Shown piece by piece: positions 31,880-43,076 of a DNA stretch of 64,000 bases. Source of the stretch: an uncultured Candidatus Rokubacteria bacterium (GTDB lineage Bacteria > Methylomirabilota > Methylomirabilia > Rokubacteriales > CSP1-6). The DNA lies in assembly GCA_963776725.1 (NCBI GenBank), contig CAVZOE010000006.1, positions 970,830 to 1,034,829 of the forward strand. The letters run 5' to 3'. Position numbers and translations under genes: made by a program. Under the pieces are notes generated by a model. The model was not told the origin of the DNA, ran no database searches, and worked only from the letters and a program-made list of their open reading frames with translations. Numbering within the stretch: the first letter of the stretch is position 1; the number at the start of each line of letters is the position of its first letter.

Positions 31880-32296
31880 TCAGCGTTGGGCCGAGCCCAG
31901 GAACTGCGTCAGCGTCGAGCGAAACCACGCCGGTCGCTCGATGAACCGGCCCGCCTCCACGTCCACCCGGGTGCCGCGCTCGTCGGTGTGGTTGGCGGGA
32001 TCGAACCGGGCGGTGAGCTGCAGGCGCGCCGTGCCGTACCGGAGCGTGAGCGATTCACCGGCGGACTCGTCGCCGAGCCGTGTGATGAACAGGAACATCC
32101 CGGCCTCGTCGGTCCGGGCCAGGTACGAGAAGCCCGTCTTGTCGCGGATGACCTCGAGCCCCACGTCGCGCAGCGGCGCGCCGCTCGGGTCCCGCACGTA
32201 GCCGATCACCGTGTAGCGATAGTAGACCTCGTGCTCGGCGTGGGCCGAGGCTGCCGTGAGCACGAGGGCCGCGAGAGCGAGCAGCGCGCGAGTCAT
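31880..32296 (-). CDS. Secreted hypothetical protein (carboxypeptidase-regulatory-like beta-sandwich)
   Basis: Signal MTRALLALAALVLTAASAHA; GYVRDPSGAPL..TDEAG. Confidence 0.7.
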   Translation of the reverse strand: MTRALLALAALVLTAASAHAEHEVYYRYTVIGYVRDPSGAPLRDVGLEVIRDKTGFSYLARTDEAGMFLFITRLGDESAGESLTLRYGTARLQLTARFDPANHTDERGTRVDVEAGRFIERPAWFRSTLTQFLGSAQR

Positions 32297-32703
32297 CCGC
32301 GGGCGGAGTCTAGCAGATGCGCGCGCAGCAGCGTGCGATGGCATCGCGCCGGGTCGGCGCACCCGCAGAGCAGCGTGATGGGCCCCTTGGCCGCGAGGGC
32401 CCGCACCTCGGCCAGCGCCGCCTGGGCCTCGGGCCGTCGCAGCCCCGCCCGGTAGCGCGGACGGAACTGAGCCCAGGTGATCGCGCCGTCGAGGTAGGCC
32501 CGCAGCAGGGGTACCACGGGCGCCAGCTCGCGCAGCCACACGTCGACCTTCTCCTTCCGGATGCCGCGGGGCCAGTACCGCATGGTCAGCACGCGCGTGC
32601 CGTCCGCGGCCACCGGCGGCTCGTACACGCGCTTGGCGGCGATGCGGCCGGCCAGGCGAGTGGACGCTCGCGTGCGGGGTGACGGTCGGCGGGTGGGCGC
32701 CAT
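32293..32703 (-). CDS. DUF488 family protein
   Basis: KRVYEPP..DGTRVL.MRYWPRGIRKE..WLRELAP..ITLLCGC..CHR. Confidence 0.85.
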   Translation of the reverse strand: MAPTRRPSPRTRASTRLAGRIAAKRVYEPPVAADGTRVLTMRYWPRGIRKEKVDVWLRELAPVVPLLRAYLDGAITWAQFRPRYRAGLRRPEAQAALAEVRALAAKGPITLLCGCADPARCHRTLLRAHLLDSARG

Positions 32704-33527
32704 CACGCCGGCGGTGCGGCGGGCGGACGCGCGGCGTCCTGCTCGCCGGGTCCCGCCGAGGTGGTGGCGGTGAGTCCCGCGTCGATCACCAGCACGTGGC
32801 CGGTCACCCAGCGCGATTCGTCGCTCGCCAGGTAGACCGCGCCCCAGCCCACGTCCCAGCCGGTGCCTTCGGTCCCGAGCGGGGCCGCCCGCCGCCGGCG
32901 CTCGCGGGCCTCGGCGCCGAGATCCTCGACCATGGGCGTCCATACGGTCCCCGGCGCGATCGCGTTGACCCGGATTCCCTTCGGTCCGAGCTGCACCGCG
33001 ATGCTCTTGACGAAGCCGATGACGCCGGCCTTGGCGGCGGCGTAGGCGGTGCGGCCGTAGCCGCGCAGGCCGGCGACCGAGGACACGCAGATGATCGACC
33101 CGCCGCCCCGCGTCTGCATGGCGGGGACCGCCGCCTGGGAGGTCAGCAGCATCGACTTCAGATCGACGGTCATCACGCGATCCCATTCCTCTTCGGTCGT
33201 CGTCATGAGCGGATGGCGGGACTCGATACCGACGTTGTTGTGCAGGACATCGAGACCGCCCCAGCGGCCCACCGCAGCCTCGACCATCGCCCGGCATTGG
33301 GCGGCCACGGTCACGTCGGCCGCGAAGGCCTCGGCCTCGCCGCCCTCGGCACGGATGAGGCCGACCGTCTCGTCGGCGCGGTCCTTGGCCATGTCCACGC
33401 AGAGCACGCGGGCGCCTTCCCGGGCGAACAGGATCGCCGTCGCCTTGCCATTGCCGAGGCCGGGCCCGCGCGAGCCCGCCCCGGTGACGATGGCCACCTT
33501 GTTCCCCAGCCGCTTCATCGGCCGCAT
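32703..33527 (-). CDS. Short-chain dehydrogenase/reductase
   Basis: VTGAGS..GNG; NNVGI; YAAAK; RVNAIAPG. Confidence 0.92.
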   Translation of the reverse strand: MRPMKRLGNKVAIVTGAGSRGPGLGNGKATAILFAREGARVLCVDMAKDRADETVGLIRAEGGEAEAFAADVTVAAQCRAMVEAAVGRWGGLDVLHNNVGIESRHPLMTTTEEEWDRVMTVDLKSMLLTSQAAVPAMQTRGGGSIICVSSVAGLRGYGRTAYAAAKAGVIGFVKSIAVQLGPKGIRVNAIAPGTVWTPMVEDLGAEARERRRRAAPLGTEGTGWDVGWGAVYLASDESRWVTGHVLVIDAGLTATTSAGPGEQDAARPPAAPPA

Positions 33528-33658
33528 TCCGGCTCGGTCATGCAGCGCATTTCACTACAGACCGGCGCTCGAAGTCATGCGCGGGCTCTCCCGAGGATCC
33601 GTCGGCCGCTATTTCTCGACGGCACGGCATGTGCCTTACACGAATGCGGAGGGCTCTC

Positions 33659-34219
33659 ATGGACGAACGGGATCGCGCCCAATTCTGGAAAATCACCGCA
33701 ATCGGTATCCTCGTCGTGGTCGCGACGGCAGTCATCACGGGGCTGGTCGTGGCCAATCGCACCGCGCCCGACACGAGCGTCGCAACCCAGGCGCCGTCCG
33801 CCTCTCCGGGCGCGACGACTCAAGCACCGACCCTACCGGCCGCGACAAGTCAGACACCGGCCGTACCACCCGCGGCAACTGAAACCCCGAGGCGCTCCGG
33901 TGTGCCGCCCCAGGAGATCGTGAGCGCGTGCAATCGCCAGGCGGCGGCCCAGGCCGGATCCGCACCCCGTGCGGGCACGGACAAGGTCCTGGACGTCGGC
34001 AAGGACGCCGGCGTCGGCGCGCTCGGCGGCGCGGCGGTCGGCGCGGCCGGTGGTGCGATCGCCGGTGGCGGCAAGGGCGCCGGCAAGGGTGCTCTGATCG
34101 GCGGCCTGGTCGGCGCCGGCGGCGGGACCCTCTACGGCATGTGGGACAACAAGAAGAACGACGAGCGGTTCAGCGCGGCGTACGCCTCGTGCATGCACGC
34201 GCGCGGGTATACGGGATAG
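33659..34219 (+). CDS. Glycine-zipper membrane-anchored protein
   Basis: N-terminal TM segment, Pro/Thr linker, GALGGAAVGAAGGAIAGG..GKGALIGG, YASCMHARGY. Confidence 0.8.
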   Translation: MDERDRAQFWKITAIGILVVVATAVITGLVVANRTAPDTSVATQAPSASPGATTQAPTLPAATSQTPAVPPAATETPRRSGVPPQEIVSACNRQAAAQAGSAPRAGTDKVLDVGKDAGVGALGGAAVGAAGGAIAGGGKGAGKGALIGGLVGAGGGTLYGMWDNKKNDERFSAAYASCMHARGYTG

Positions 34220-34222
34220 AGC

Positions 34223-34558
34223 ATGCGAGTCTCCACGACACTCAGGCTGCTGGTCGGGCTGCTGCTGCTCGGGTCGTTCACCGCGGGTTGCCAGACGCTG
34301 ACCGGTCGCAGCACGGGCCGCTACGTCGACGATCAGACCATCACCGGCAAGGTGAAGACCAGCCTCACGGAGGACAAGACGTCGAACCTCACGCGGATCG
34401 GCGTGAAGACGGTCGACGGCGTCGTCTACCTGGAGGGCGTCGTCGATTCCGAGCAGGACCGGGCCGTCGCCGAGGATCGGACGCGCAGAGTCCCGGACGT
34501 GATCAACGTGGTGAACCAGCTGCAGGTCAGCGGATCGGGCGCGGCGTCAACTCGATAG
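34223..34558 (+). CDS. BON-domain lipoprotein
   Basis: Lipobox TAGC; DDQTITGKVK..GVVYLEGVV..VVNQLQV. Confidence 0.9.
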   Translation: MRVSTTLRLLVGLLLLGSFTAGCQTLTGRSTGRYVDDQTITGKVKTSLTEDKTSNLTRIGVKTVDGVVYLEGVVDSEQDRAVAEDRTRRVPDVINVVNQLQVSGSGAASTR

Positions 34559-37500
34559 ACGCGGACCGGGATAGCCGTCCCAGCTGAGCCGCGAGCCGTC
34601 GGGGGTGAAGCCGGCGTCGATGAACGCCACCCCGGCGGCCGTGTCGCGGACGGGACGGCCGTCCCACGTCTCGACTTCCAGCCGCCGCACCGCACGGAGC
34701 GTGAGCGGCCGCTCCATCATCGCTTGCAGTGCGCGCACCACGCCGGGGACGTCCACGGGCTCGAAGCCGGCCAGCGGCGTGAGCTCGCGACCGTAGCCCT
34801 CGGCCAGCAGCAGGGGCCGGCCCGCGCGGAACAGGAGCCAGGCGTGGGGCAGACGGGCCACGCTCAGGCGCGTGCCGTCCGGCTTGCGCCAGCGGCCACA
34901 CGCGGCCCCAGAGATTCGCCGGGTCGGCGAGATTCACCAGCACGTGAGGCTCGGCCCGGCGCGTGGGCGGCGCGGCCAGATCGGTGAGCGCGTCCTGCAG
35001 GGCGTACTGCTCGCCGGAGAGACCCTCGACGAAGTAGCCGCGCACGACGTCGCCGCCGTACTCCATGCGGAGCAGCGTGTGGCGCAAGCGTCGCCCAGTC
35101 GCCACGGGCCAGCTCGCGCGCGACGACGCCGTAGCGGGCCAGCAGGAGATTCGCGCGCGCCTCGTCGCGCTCCTCGGGTGACAGCGGCTCGTCCTCGGCG
35201 ATCGCGCTCCAGCGTCCGACCGGCGGCAGATGCGCCAGGACGCCGCGCGCCTGGCCGCGGCGCGGGCGGCGCCGCGCGGCCGCGCGATCGTTGGCGCGCC
35301 CGTGGCGCCGCGCCGGCAGCCACGATGGCGCTGAACGTGTCGGGGGTCGCCAGACCGGCCCAGAACAGCTCCCATAGCGCGGCCAGCGCCTGGGCCGGAT
35401 CGAGACCGGCCGGCCGGGCCAGATCACGCGCGAACGAGGCGCCGCGCAGCTGCAGATGCAGGAGCACGTTCTTGGTCCGCGCGTCCAGCGCGGGGCGCTC
35501 GGCGCTCTCGCGCAGCCAGCCGACGTTGTCGCGCAGCGCCACCCCGACGCGCCCGCCCCGAGCCCGCTCGCCGGCCGGCGGCTCGAACACCGTCCACACG
35601 ATCTCGCCGCCGAGACCGAGGCGATCGAGCCACTCGCGTCGATAGTCCTCGACGCGCGCGGACAGCAGGTCGTGCTCCCAGACCCGCAGCGGCACGTCGT
35701 CGCCCTGCAGCAGCTCGAGCGCGGCCAGCACGCCGGGCGGGCCGACGAGGCGATGCTCGGGGTGCAGGTGGTGACGCCGCAGCAGGAACGCCGAGAACTG
35801 CTCGGCCGTGGCCACGGCTCGCGGGCAGGCGTCGGGCGTGCACCTGCCGGCGCTGGATCTCGTCGAGCACGGCGACGTGCACGTACTGCTCGGCGCCCGG
35901 AGCGTCGTCCAGATACGGACCCGTGGCGGACGACGCCGCGCGCCACCAGCCGATCGAGTGCGGCGGTCATGTCTGGCGCCGGGACGTCCGTACCGCGCGC
36001 CCAGCCACTCGGCCGTCACCGGGCCCCGCGTGCGAAGGACGCGCAGCGCCAGACGCTCGACTCCGGCGTCGGTGGCCAGCCCGGCGTAGAGCGAGGCGTC
36101 GGTGGCTGGAATCCAGGCCCGCCGGCCGCCGACGAACTCCACCGGCGGCGATCCGGCGCTCGGCGAGCAGCGAGGCGACCAGCGTCTCGGGGTCGGCGAC
36201 CACCCGCTCGGCGATCTCGCGCGTCGGTCAGGTCACCGAGGTCGTCGAGCAGCGCGGCCAGCTCGTTGGCATCGCGGGCCCGCCGCTCGGGCGTCGTCTT
36301 CTGCAGCTCGGCCTCGACGGCGGCGACGATCTCCGACCGCAGCGGTCCCGGGGCCACGCTCCACGCCTTGCGCATGACCACGGCGTCGCGCGCGCCGCTC
36401 CTCGGCGTGGCCGGCGTCCAGATACGCCCAGTCCCAGGCCAGCAGCAGCGGATAGACGAAGGGCGAGGGCAGCGGCGTGTCCACGTGTCGCACCCACATC
36501 TCACGGTCTTGCAGTCGCTCGAGCAGCCGCTTGAGCTTCGGGACGTCGTAGGCGTCGTGGAAGCACTCGCGCAGCGTCTCCGCGACCACCGGGAAATCGG
36601 GCTGGCCGCGCACGGATTCGAGCAGCGCGTCGGCCTTCAGGCGCTGCAGATAGGGTGGCGTGCGCTGACCGCGCGTCATCCGCGGGATGTAAGAGCGCGC
36701 GGATGGCGCAGTGGCGGAAGCGTGTGCCGAACAGCGGCGTGCCGATGAGCGCCTCGCCCAGCAGCGGATCGAGGTCCTCCGGTCCCACCAGCGTCACCAG
36801 CCGCTCCGGACGCCGGCGGCACCTGACCGGGCGCGAACGACAATAAGATTCCGTCGTCCACGTGGCTGGCCTCGGCCAGCAGACCGAAGCGCCGCCGCAC
36901 CTGCTCGCGCAGGGCCATGCCCCAGGCGCCGTTGATCCGCATGCCGAAGACCGAGTGGATCATCGCGTGCCGGCCACCCATCTCGTCGGAGAAGGACTCG
37001 ACGACGATCCCCTGGTCGTCGGGGACGCCCTGCAGCACCTCGCCCGCCTTCACCAGCCAGGCGTGCATCGCCGCCGCGGCCCGCGCGTCGCAGCCACACT
37101 CCCGCGCGGCCCACTCCGCGAAGTCCGGCGCGTCCAGGCGGTCGGCGGCATCGCGCCGCAGCCGGCCGACCGCCACGCCGAGATCCCACGAGCGCGAGGG
37201 ATGCTCGCCCTTCCAGAACGGGATCGTCGGCGACATGCCGTGGGCGTCCTCGACCAGGACGCGATCGGCCTTGACCTTGGCGATCTTCCAGGCGTGCGAG
37301 CCGAGCAGGAAGACGTCGCCCGGCAGGCTCTCGGTGACGAACTCCTCGTCCAGCGTGCCGACCTTCAGATCGGTGTCGGCGACGTAGACGTCGTAGAGCC
37401 CGGCGTCGGGGATGGTGCCGCCCGAGGTGAGGGCCAGGAAGCGGCTGCCCCGGCGCGTGTGCAGGCGGTCGTTCACGCGGTCCCACAGGATCCGCGGCGC

Positions 37501-38898
37501 GGCGCCGCGGACTTCCAGCGGCAGCGGCTCGGCCACCGAGCGGACCACGTGCAGGAACATCTCGCGCGTCAGGCCGCGATAGGGCGCCGCGTTGGCGAAG
37601 CGCGCGTGCAGCGTGTCGACGTCCAGCGATTCGGCCGCGACCGCCGCGATGATCTGCTGGGCCAGGACGTCGAGCGGCGCCTCCGGCATCGTGACGCGAT
37701 CGAGCTGGCCGGCCCGGATGGAGCGCACCACCGCCGCCGCCTCCATGAGCTCCTCGCCCTTGGTGACCACGATGCGGCCCTTGGAGGTGCGCGAGAGCAG
37801 GTGGCCGGCCCGGCCGACGCGCTGCAGCGCGGCCGCCACGTTGCGCGGCGACTGGACCTGGACGACGAGATCGATGGCGCCCACGTCGATGCCGAGCTCC
37901 AGCGAAGACGTGGCCACCAGCGCGCGCAGCTCGCCGGCCTTGAGGCGGTCCTCGGCCTCCAGGCGCGCGCGGCGCGAGAGCGAGCCGTGGTGCGCGGCCA
38001 CGCGGCCGTCGGGGATGCGGTCGTTCAGATCGCGGGCCAGGCGCTCGGCCGCGCGCCGGCTCTGGGCGAAGACCAGCGTCGTGCGATGCGCCTGGACCAG
38101 CTCGGCGATCTGCTGCAGGGTCGCGTCCCACACGGTGTCGCTCGTGGCGGTGAGGAAGTCGTCCACCGGCGCCACCACCTGGACGTCGAGGTCGCGCGAG
38201 AAGCCGGCGTCGATCACGATCGGCTCGCGCGCGGTCGCCCCGGTGAGGAACGCCAGCGCGTCCTCGACCGGCCGCACCGTGGCCGAGCAGCCGATGCGCT
38301 GCGGCCGCGCGCCCGGGGTATGGGCCTCGACCAGCGCCTGCAGGCGCTCCAGCGACAGGGCCAGGTGCGCGCCGCGCTTGCCGGCCAGCATCGCGTGGAC
38401 CTCGTCGACGATGACGAAGCGGGTCTGGGCCAGGGCCGGCCGGAAGCCCTGGCTCGTGAGCAGGATGTAGAGCGACTCGGGCGTGGTGATCAGGACGTGC
38501 GGCGGCCGGCGCGTCATCGCCTGGCGGGCGGCGGCCAGCGTGTCGCCCGTGCGCACCGCCACGCGGACCTCGGGAAGCGCCAGGCCGTCGGCGGCCGCCG
38601 CGGCGCGGATGCCGGCCAGCGGCTCGCGCAGGTTCTTCTCGATGTCGTTGTTGAGCGCGCGCAGCGGCGACACGTAGACGACGTAGACGCGGTCCTCCAG
38701 CCGTCCCTCGGCACCGAGCCGGTGCAGGTGGTCGAGCGCCCACAGGAAGGCGGCCAGCGTCTTGCCCGAGCCGGTCGGGGCCACGATGAGCGTGTCCCGC
38801 CCGGACGCGATGGCCTCCCAGCCTTCCCGCTGGGGACGGGTCGCCTCGGCGAACGCGTCGGTGAACCAGCGACGGACGAACGGCAGGAACTCGGGCAT
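34547..38898 (-). CDS. lhr: Lhr-family DEAD/DEAH helicase (several indels in the 3' half)
   Basis: APTGSGKT; SPLRALNNDI; DEVH; HHGSLSR; ATSSLELGIDVG; QRVGRAGH; SGGTIPD; C-terminal LLARYGVVARE and GYFVEGLSGEQYA. Confidence 0.9.
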
Positions 38899-38941
38899 AC
38901 GGCGTCATTGTACCCGCTCGATGCTGGAGTAATCTGTCGCC

Positions 38942-40174
38942 GTGACCCTTTCCCGGCGCGACGCCGACGTGCTCGTGGTGGGCGGCGGCCCGGCCGGCTC
39001 GCTGGCGGCCCTCGCGCTCGCCCGGCGCGGCGTCAGCGCGCTGGTGCTCGACAAGAAGCGCTTCCCGCGCGACAAGCCCTGTGGTGGCGGCATCCGCTAC
39101 GGCGTGTATCGTCGCTTCCCCGAGCTCGGCGAGTATCTGCGCAGCAAGATCGACATCCACGAGATCCGGCGCGTGCGCATGGAGTCGCCGGCGGGCCACA
39201 CGGTCGTCGCCACCGGGGAGCAGCCGTTCTACCTGACGCTGCGACGGACCGAGCTCGACGCCGCGCTGCTGGACCGGGCGCGAGCCGAGGGCGCGGCGGT
39301 GACCGAGGCCACGCGGGTGACCGAGATCGAGCGCACGACGGACGGGGTCGTGGTCCGCTGCGTGGACGGCCGCGCGTTCTCCGGGCGGCTCGTCATCGGC
39401 GCCGACGGGGTCAACAGCGTGGTCGCGCGGGCCAGCGGCCTGAGCACGGGATTCGCGGACGACGTGCTGGCCATCGACACCATGGAAGAGACGCCGCTGG
39501 ACGAGCTGTCGATGGCCGAGCCGGACACGATGTACGTGGCGTACGGCTACAAGGGCCGGCCCGGGTACGGCTACGTGTTCCCCAAGCGGCACCACGTGGA
39601 CGCCGGCGTGGGGTTCATGCTGCCGTTCTTCAAGCGCACGCTGGGCGGCTCACCGCTTCAGCACCACACGCGTTTTCTCGAGGAGGCTGCTGCGCTCGGG
39701 ATCGTCCGGGGCCGCTCGAATCCCGAGAACTTCAAGGCCTACCGCCTTCCGCTCGGCGGTCCGCTGGCCCGCACGGTCGCCGATCGCGTCCTGCTCTGCG
39801 GCGATGCGGCCGGCTTCGTCAACGCGTACACCGGCGAGGGGATCTACCACGCAATGGTCACCGGCGAGCATGCGGGCACGACTGCCGGCGAGGCGCTGGC
39901 CGCGGGCGACACCTCGGCCGAGCGGCTGGCCGCTTACGAGCGTCGCTGGCGGGCGGAGGTGGGCGACGAGCTGGCCGACGCGGTGCGCATCCAGCGGCGG
40001 CTCTTCGCCGATCCCTCCCTGGCCGACACGATCATCCGTGCCGCCGCGCTGGACGCGCGGCTCTGCCGGCTCTTCGCGCTGGTGGCGCTGGGGGAGGCGA
40101 GTCTGCGCCGCCACCGATTCGAGCTGACCTGGCGGTTCGTGGTCGCCAGGCTGAAGATGCTGGTGCGGCGCTGA
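38942..40174 (+). CDS. Geranylgeranyl-reductase-family FAD oxidoreductase
   Basis: VGGGPAGS; FPRDKPCGGG; GADGVNS; GYGYVFP; GDAAGFVNAYTGEGIY. Confidence 0.9.
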   Translation: MTLSRRDADVLVVGGGPAGSLAALALARRGVSALVLDKKRFPRDKPCGGGIRYGVYRRFPELGEYLRSKIDIHEIRRVRMESPAGHTVVATGEQPFYLTLRRTELDAALLDRARAEGAAVTEATRVTEIERTTDGVVVRCVDGRAFSGRLVIGADGVNSVVARASGLSTGFADDVLAIDTMEETPLDELSMAEPDTMYVAYGYKGRPGYGYVFPKRHHVDAGVGFMLPFFKRTLGGSPLQHHTRFLEEAAALGIVRGRSNPENFKAYRLPLGGPLARTVADRVLLCGDAAGFVNAYTGEGIYHAMVTGEHAGTTAGEALAAGDTSAERLAAYERRWRAEVGDELADAVRIQRRLFADPSLADTIIRAAALDARLCRLFALVALGEASLRRHRFELTWRFVVARLKMLVRR

Positions 40175-40184
40175 AGCGGTTCCG

Positions 40185-40574
40185 TCAGCGGTACCGGGTG
40201 CCCATCTCGCCCCGGAAGCGCTGCAGCTCTCTCGCGAACGGATCGTACATGCCGCGCGACGCGTCGTCGCTGCGCCAGTCGATCGGGTCGCGCTGCTGGT
40301 CGCGGTAGAGGCTCTGACCCCGGTCGTCGTTCAGGGTGCCGACCGTGCCCTGCGTGCCAGTGACGGTGCCGGTGCTCCCCGGGTTGACGTGGTAGTCGAC
40401 GAAGTAGTTGGCGCGGTAGTTGTCGTTCGGCGGGACGGTCCCCTGGGTGCTCGGGTCCCGTCGTACCCGCGTGCGTTCCGTCGGCGGCGGTGGCGCCAGT
40501 CGGCAGGGTCACCATGAGGCCGAGGGTGAGAACGACGGCCGAGACCAGGGCGGCAGGCAGAGTCGGGTCTTCGT
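40185..40574 (-). CDS. Small secreted hypothetical protein (indels; start codon reads ACG)
   Basis: GGAGG then ACG AAG ACC CGA; hydrophobic signal LVSAVVLTLGLMVTLPTGATA; C-terminus DRGQSLYRDQQRDPIDWRSDDASRGMYDPFARELQRFRGEMGTRYR*. Confidence 0.5.
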
Positions 40575-40655
40575 AGGGTCCTCCGCCCTCCGGCGTAGCA
40601 GTAACCAGGCCGTCGACTGTGCGACCTCGGTACAGCCTTCGGTACAATCACAGGC

Positions 40656-42935
40656 GTGAAGATCGTCGCGATCGGCGGCGGGCCGGCCGGCCTGTACTTC
40701 GCGATCCTGATGAAGAAGGCCGACCCCGCGCACGAGGTCACCGTCGTCGAGCGCAACCGGCCCGACGACACCTTCGGCTTCGGCGTCGTCTTCTCCGACG
40801 CCACCCTGGACACTTCGTGCGACGCCGATCCCGAGACCCACGCCGCGATCACCGCAGGCGTTCGCCCACTGGGACGACATCGACATCCACTACCGCGGCG
40901 AGGTCCTGACCTCGACGCGGCCACGGCTTCTCCGGCCTGTCGCCGGCAGACGCTGCTCGACATCCTGCAGCGCGCGCGGCGCGCAGCTCGGCGTGAGCTC
41001 GCGTTCCAGACGCGAGGTCGACCGACCCGCGCCGTGTTCGCGCGGCGCCGACCTCGTCCTCGCCGCCGACGGCGTGAACTCGCTGGGTCCGCGCGCGCTA
41101 CGCCGCGCACTTCGCGCCGCAGATCGACTGGCGGCCCGAACCGCTTCGTCTGGCTCGGCACCACGTTCCCGTTCGCCGCCTTCACGTTCTTCTTCAAGGC
41201 AGGACGGGCACGGGCTGTTCCGCGTGCACGCCTATCGCTACGACGCGAGCACTCGACCTTCATCGTCGAGTGCACCGAGGAGACCTGGCGCGCGCCGGGC
41301 TCGACGAGGCCAACGAGGACGAGACGGTCGCCTACTGCGAGCGGCTCTTCGCCGCGCGAGCTCGACGGCCACCCGCTGCTCAAGAACCGCTCGCTCTGGC
41401 GCAGCTTCCCGACGGTCCGGAACGCGCGCTGGCACCACGGCAACGTCGTGCTGCTCGGCGACGCCGCGCACACCGCGCACTTCTCGATCGGCTCGGGCAC
41501 CAAGCTGGCGATGGAGGACGCGATCGCGCTCGGCGCGCGGCGCTCGGCGAGCACGCGGACCGTCGGCGCGGCGCTCGCCGCCTACGAGGCCGCGCGCCGG
41601 CCCCAGGTCGAGGCGCTGCAGCGCGCCGCGCAGGTCAGCCTCGAGTGGTTCGAGGAGACCGAGCGCTACCACGGCCGGCTCGAGCCGCTCGCAGTTCGCC
41701 TTCAGCCTGCTGACGCGCAGCCTGCGCATCACGCACGAGAACCTCAAGGTGCGCGATCGCCGGTTCGTCGCGCACGGTCGACGCTGGTTCGCCGCGCAAG
41801 GCCGCCCAGCAGAGCGGCGTCCACGGTGCCGGCCGACGCCGCCGCCGCCGCCGATGTTCACGCCGTTCCGGCTGCGCGAGCTGCGTGCTGCGCCAACCGC
41901 GTCGTCGTCTCGCCGATGTGCCAGTACTCGGCCGAGGACGGCATGCCCGACGACTGGCACCTCGTGCACCTCGGCAGCCGCGCGCGTCGGCGGCGCCGGG
42001 CTGGTCATGACCGAGATGACCGACGTGAGCCGCGAGGCGCCGCATCAGCCCGGCTGCACCGGCATGTACAAGCCCGAGCACGTGGCGGCCTGGAAGCGCA
42101 TCGTCGACTTCGTGCACGGCCAGCAGCCCGGCGCAGATCGGCATGCAGCTCGCGCACGCCGGCCGCAAGGGCTCGACCCGCAAGCTGTGGGAGGGCATCG
42201 ACGAGCCGCTGCCGGAGGGCAACTGGCCGCTCGTCTCGGCCTCGCCGCTCCCGTACTTCCCGCACAGCCAGGTGCCGCGCGAGATGGACCGCGCCGACAT
42301 GGACGCGTGCGCGACGAGTTCGTGCGCGCCGCCCGCATGGCCGAGTGGAGGCCGGCTTCGACCTGCTCGAGCTCCACGTCGCGCACGGCTACCTGCTCGC
42401 CAGCTTCCTCTCGCCGCTCACCAACCGCCGCACGCGACGCCTACGGCGGCTCGCTCGAGCAACCGGCTGCGCTTCCCGCTCGAGGTCTTCGACGCCGTGC
42501 GCGCGGCCTGGCCGGCGGCCAAGCCGATCTCGGTGCGCATCTCGGCCACCGACTGGGGCCGGCGGGCTCGACGCCCGCCGACGCCGTCGCGATCGCGCGC
42601 GCGCTGCACGGCGCACGGCTGCGACATCATCGACGTCTCGGCCGGCCAGACCGTCCCCGACGAGCGGCCGGTGCTACGGCCGGCTCTACCAGACGCCGTT
42701 CACCGAGCGGATCCGCCACGAGGCCGGCATCCCGACGATGACCGTCGGCAACATCTCCTCCTGCGCCGACGTCAACACGATCCTCGCCGCCGGCCGCGCC
42801 GACCTCTGCGTGCTGGCGCGCGCCCACCTCTACGATCCGTACTGGACGCGCCACGCCGCCTACGAGCAGGGCTTCGACCTGCCGTGGCCCGATCAGTACA
42901 CGCCAGTGCGGACTTTCACCCCGCGCCGCGACTAG
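40656..42935 (+). CDS. Bifunctional salicylyl-CoA 5-hydroxylase / anthraniloyl-CoA monooxygenase-reductase (many indels)
   Basis: [32 protein letters not shown]; [21 protein letters not shown]; OYE half [45 protein letters not shown]. Confidence 0.9.
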   Translation: MKIVAIGGGPAGLYFAILMKKADPAHEVTVVERNRPDDTFGFGVVFSDATLDTSCDADPETHAAITAGVRPLGRHRHPLPRRGPDLDAATASPACRRQTLLDILQRARRAARRELAFQTRGRPTRAVFARRRPRPRRRRRELAGSARATPRTSRRRSTGGPNRFVWLGTTFPFAAFTFFFKAGRARAVPRARLSLRREHSTFIVECTEETWRAPGSTRPTRTRRSPTASGSSPRELDGHPLLKNRSLWRSFPTVRNARWHHGNVVLLGDAAHTAHFSIGSGTKLAMEDAIALGARRSASTRTVGAALAAYEAARRPQVEALQRAAQVSLEWFEETERYHGRLEPLAVRLQPADAQPAHHAREPQGARSPVRRARSTLVRRARPPSRAASTVPADAAAAADVHAVPAARAACCANRVVVSPMCQYSAEDGMPDDWHLVHLGSRARRRRRAGHDRDDRREPRGAASARLHRHVQARARGGLEAHRRLRARPAARRRSACSSRTPAARARPASCGRASTSRCRRATGRSSRPRRSRTSRTARCRARWTAPTWTRARRVRARRPHGRVEAGFDLLELHVAHGYLLASFLSPLTNRRTRRLRRLARATGCASRSRSSTPCARPGRRPSRSRCASRPPTGAGGLDARRRRRDRARAARRTAATSSTSRPARPSPTSGRCYGRLYQTPFTERIRHEAGIPTMTVGNISSCADVNTILAAGRADLCVLARAHLYDPYWTRHAAYEQGFDLPWPDQYTPVRTFTPRRD

Positions 42936-43060
42936 CAGGCTGATGAAAAAGGTCCATCTGCTTCGTTGGCGCCCGCGGCCGCACGCTCAACGTACAGGCA
43001 GTACGCCTCGCGTGCGCCCGCGGGCGCCGCCTCGCATCTGGACCTTTTTGAGCAGCCTGC
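42935..43060. repeat. Palindromic dispersed repeat (REP/MITE-like), copy 2
   Basis: Arms GCAGGCTGATGAAAAAGGTCCATCTGC and GCATCTGGACCTTTTTGAGCAGCCTGC; core matches 20871-20997. Confidence 0.9.
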
Positions 43061-43076
43061 GGCTTTCAGGAAGCCG

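Noticed and set aside
36862-40308. Long Arg/Ala/Gly-rich ORFs such as 36862-40308, 5895-8960, 12155-15274 and 2624-4699
   Set aside because: These are shadow frames of real genes in high-GC DNA and carry no motifs.
40656-42935. Pseudogenes or programmed frameshifts in the monooxygenase, lhr, liv, OYE, rSAM and other genes
   Set aside because: Single-base indels are scattered across many unrelated genes in GC runs, without nonsense substitutions or slippery-site patterns. This fits long-read error, though true decay of an individual gene cannot be excluded without reads.
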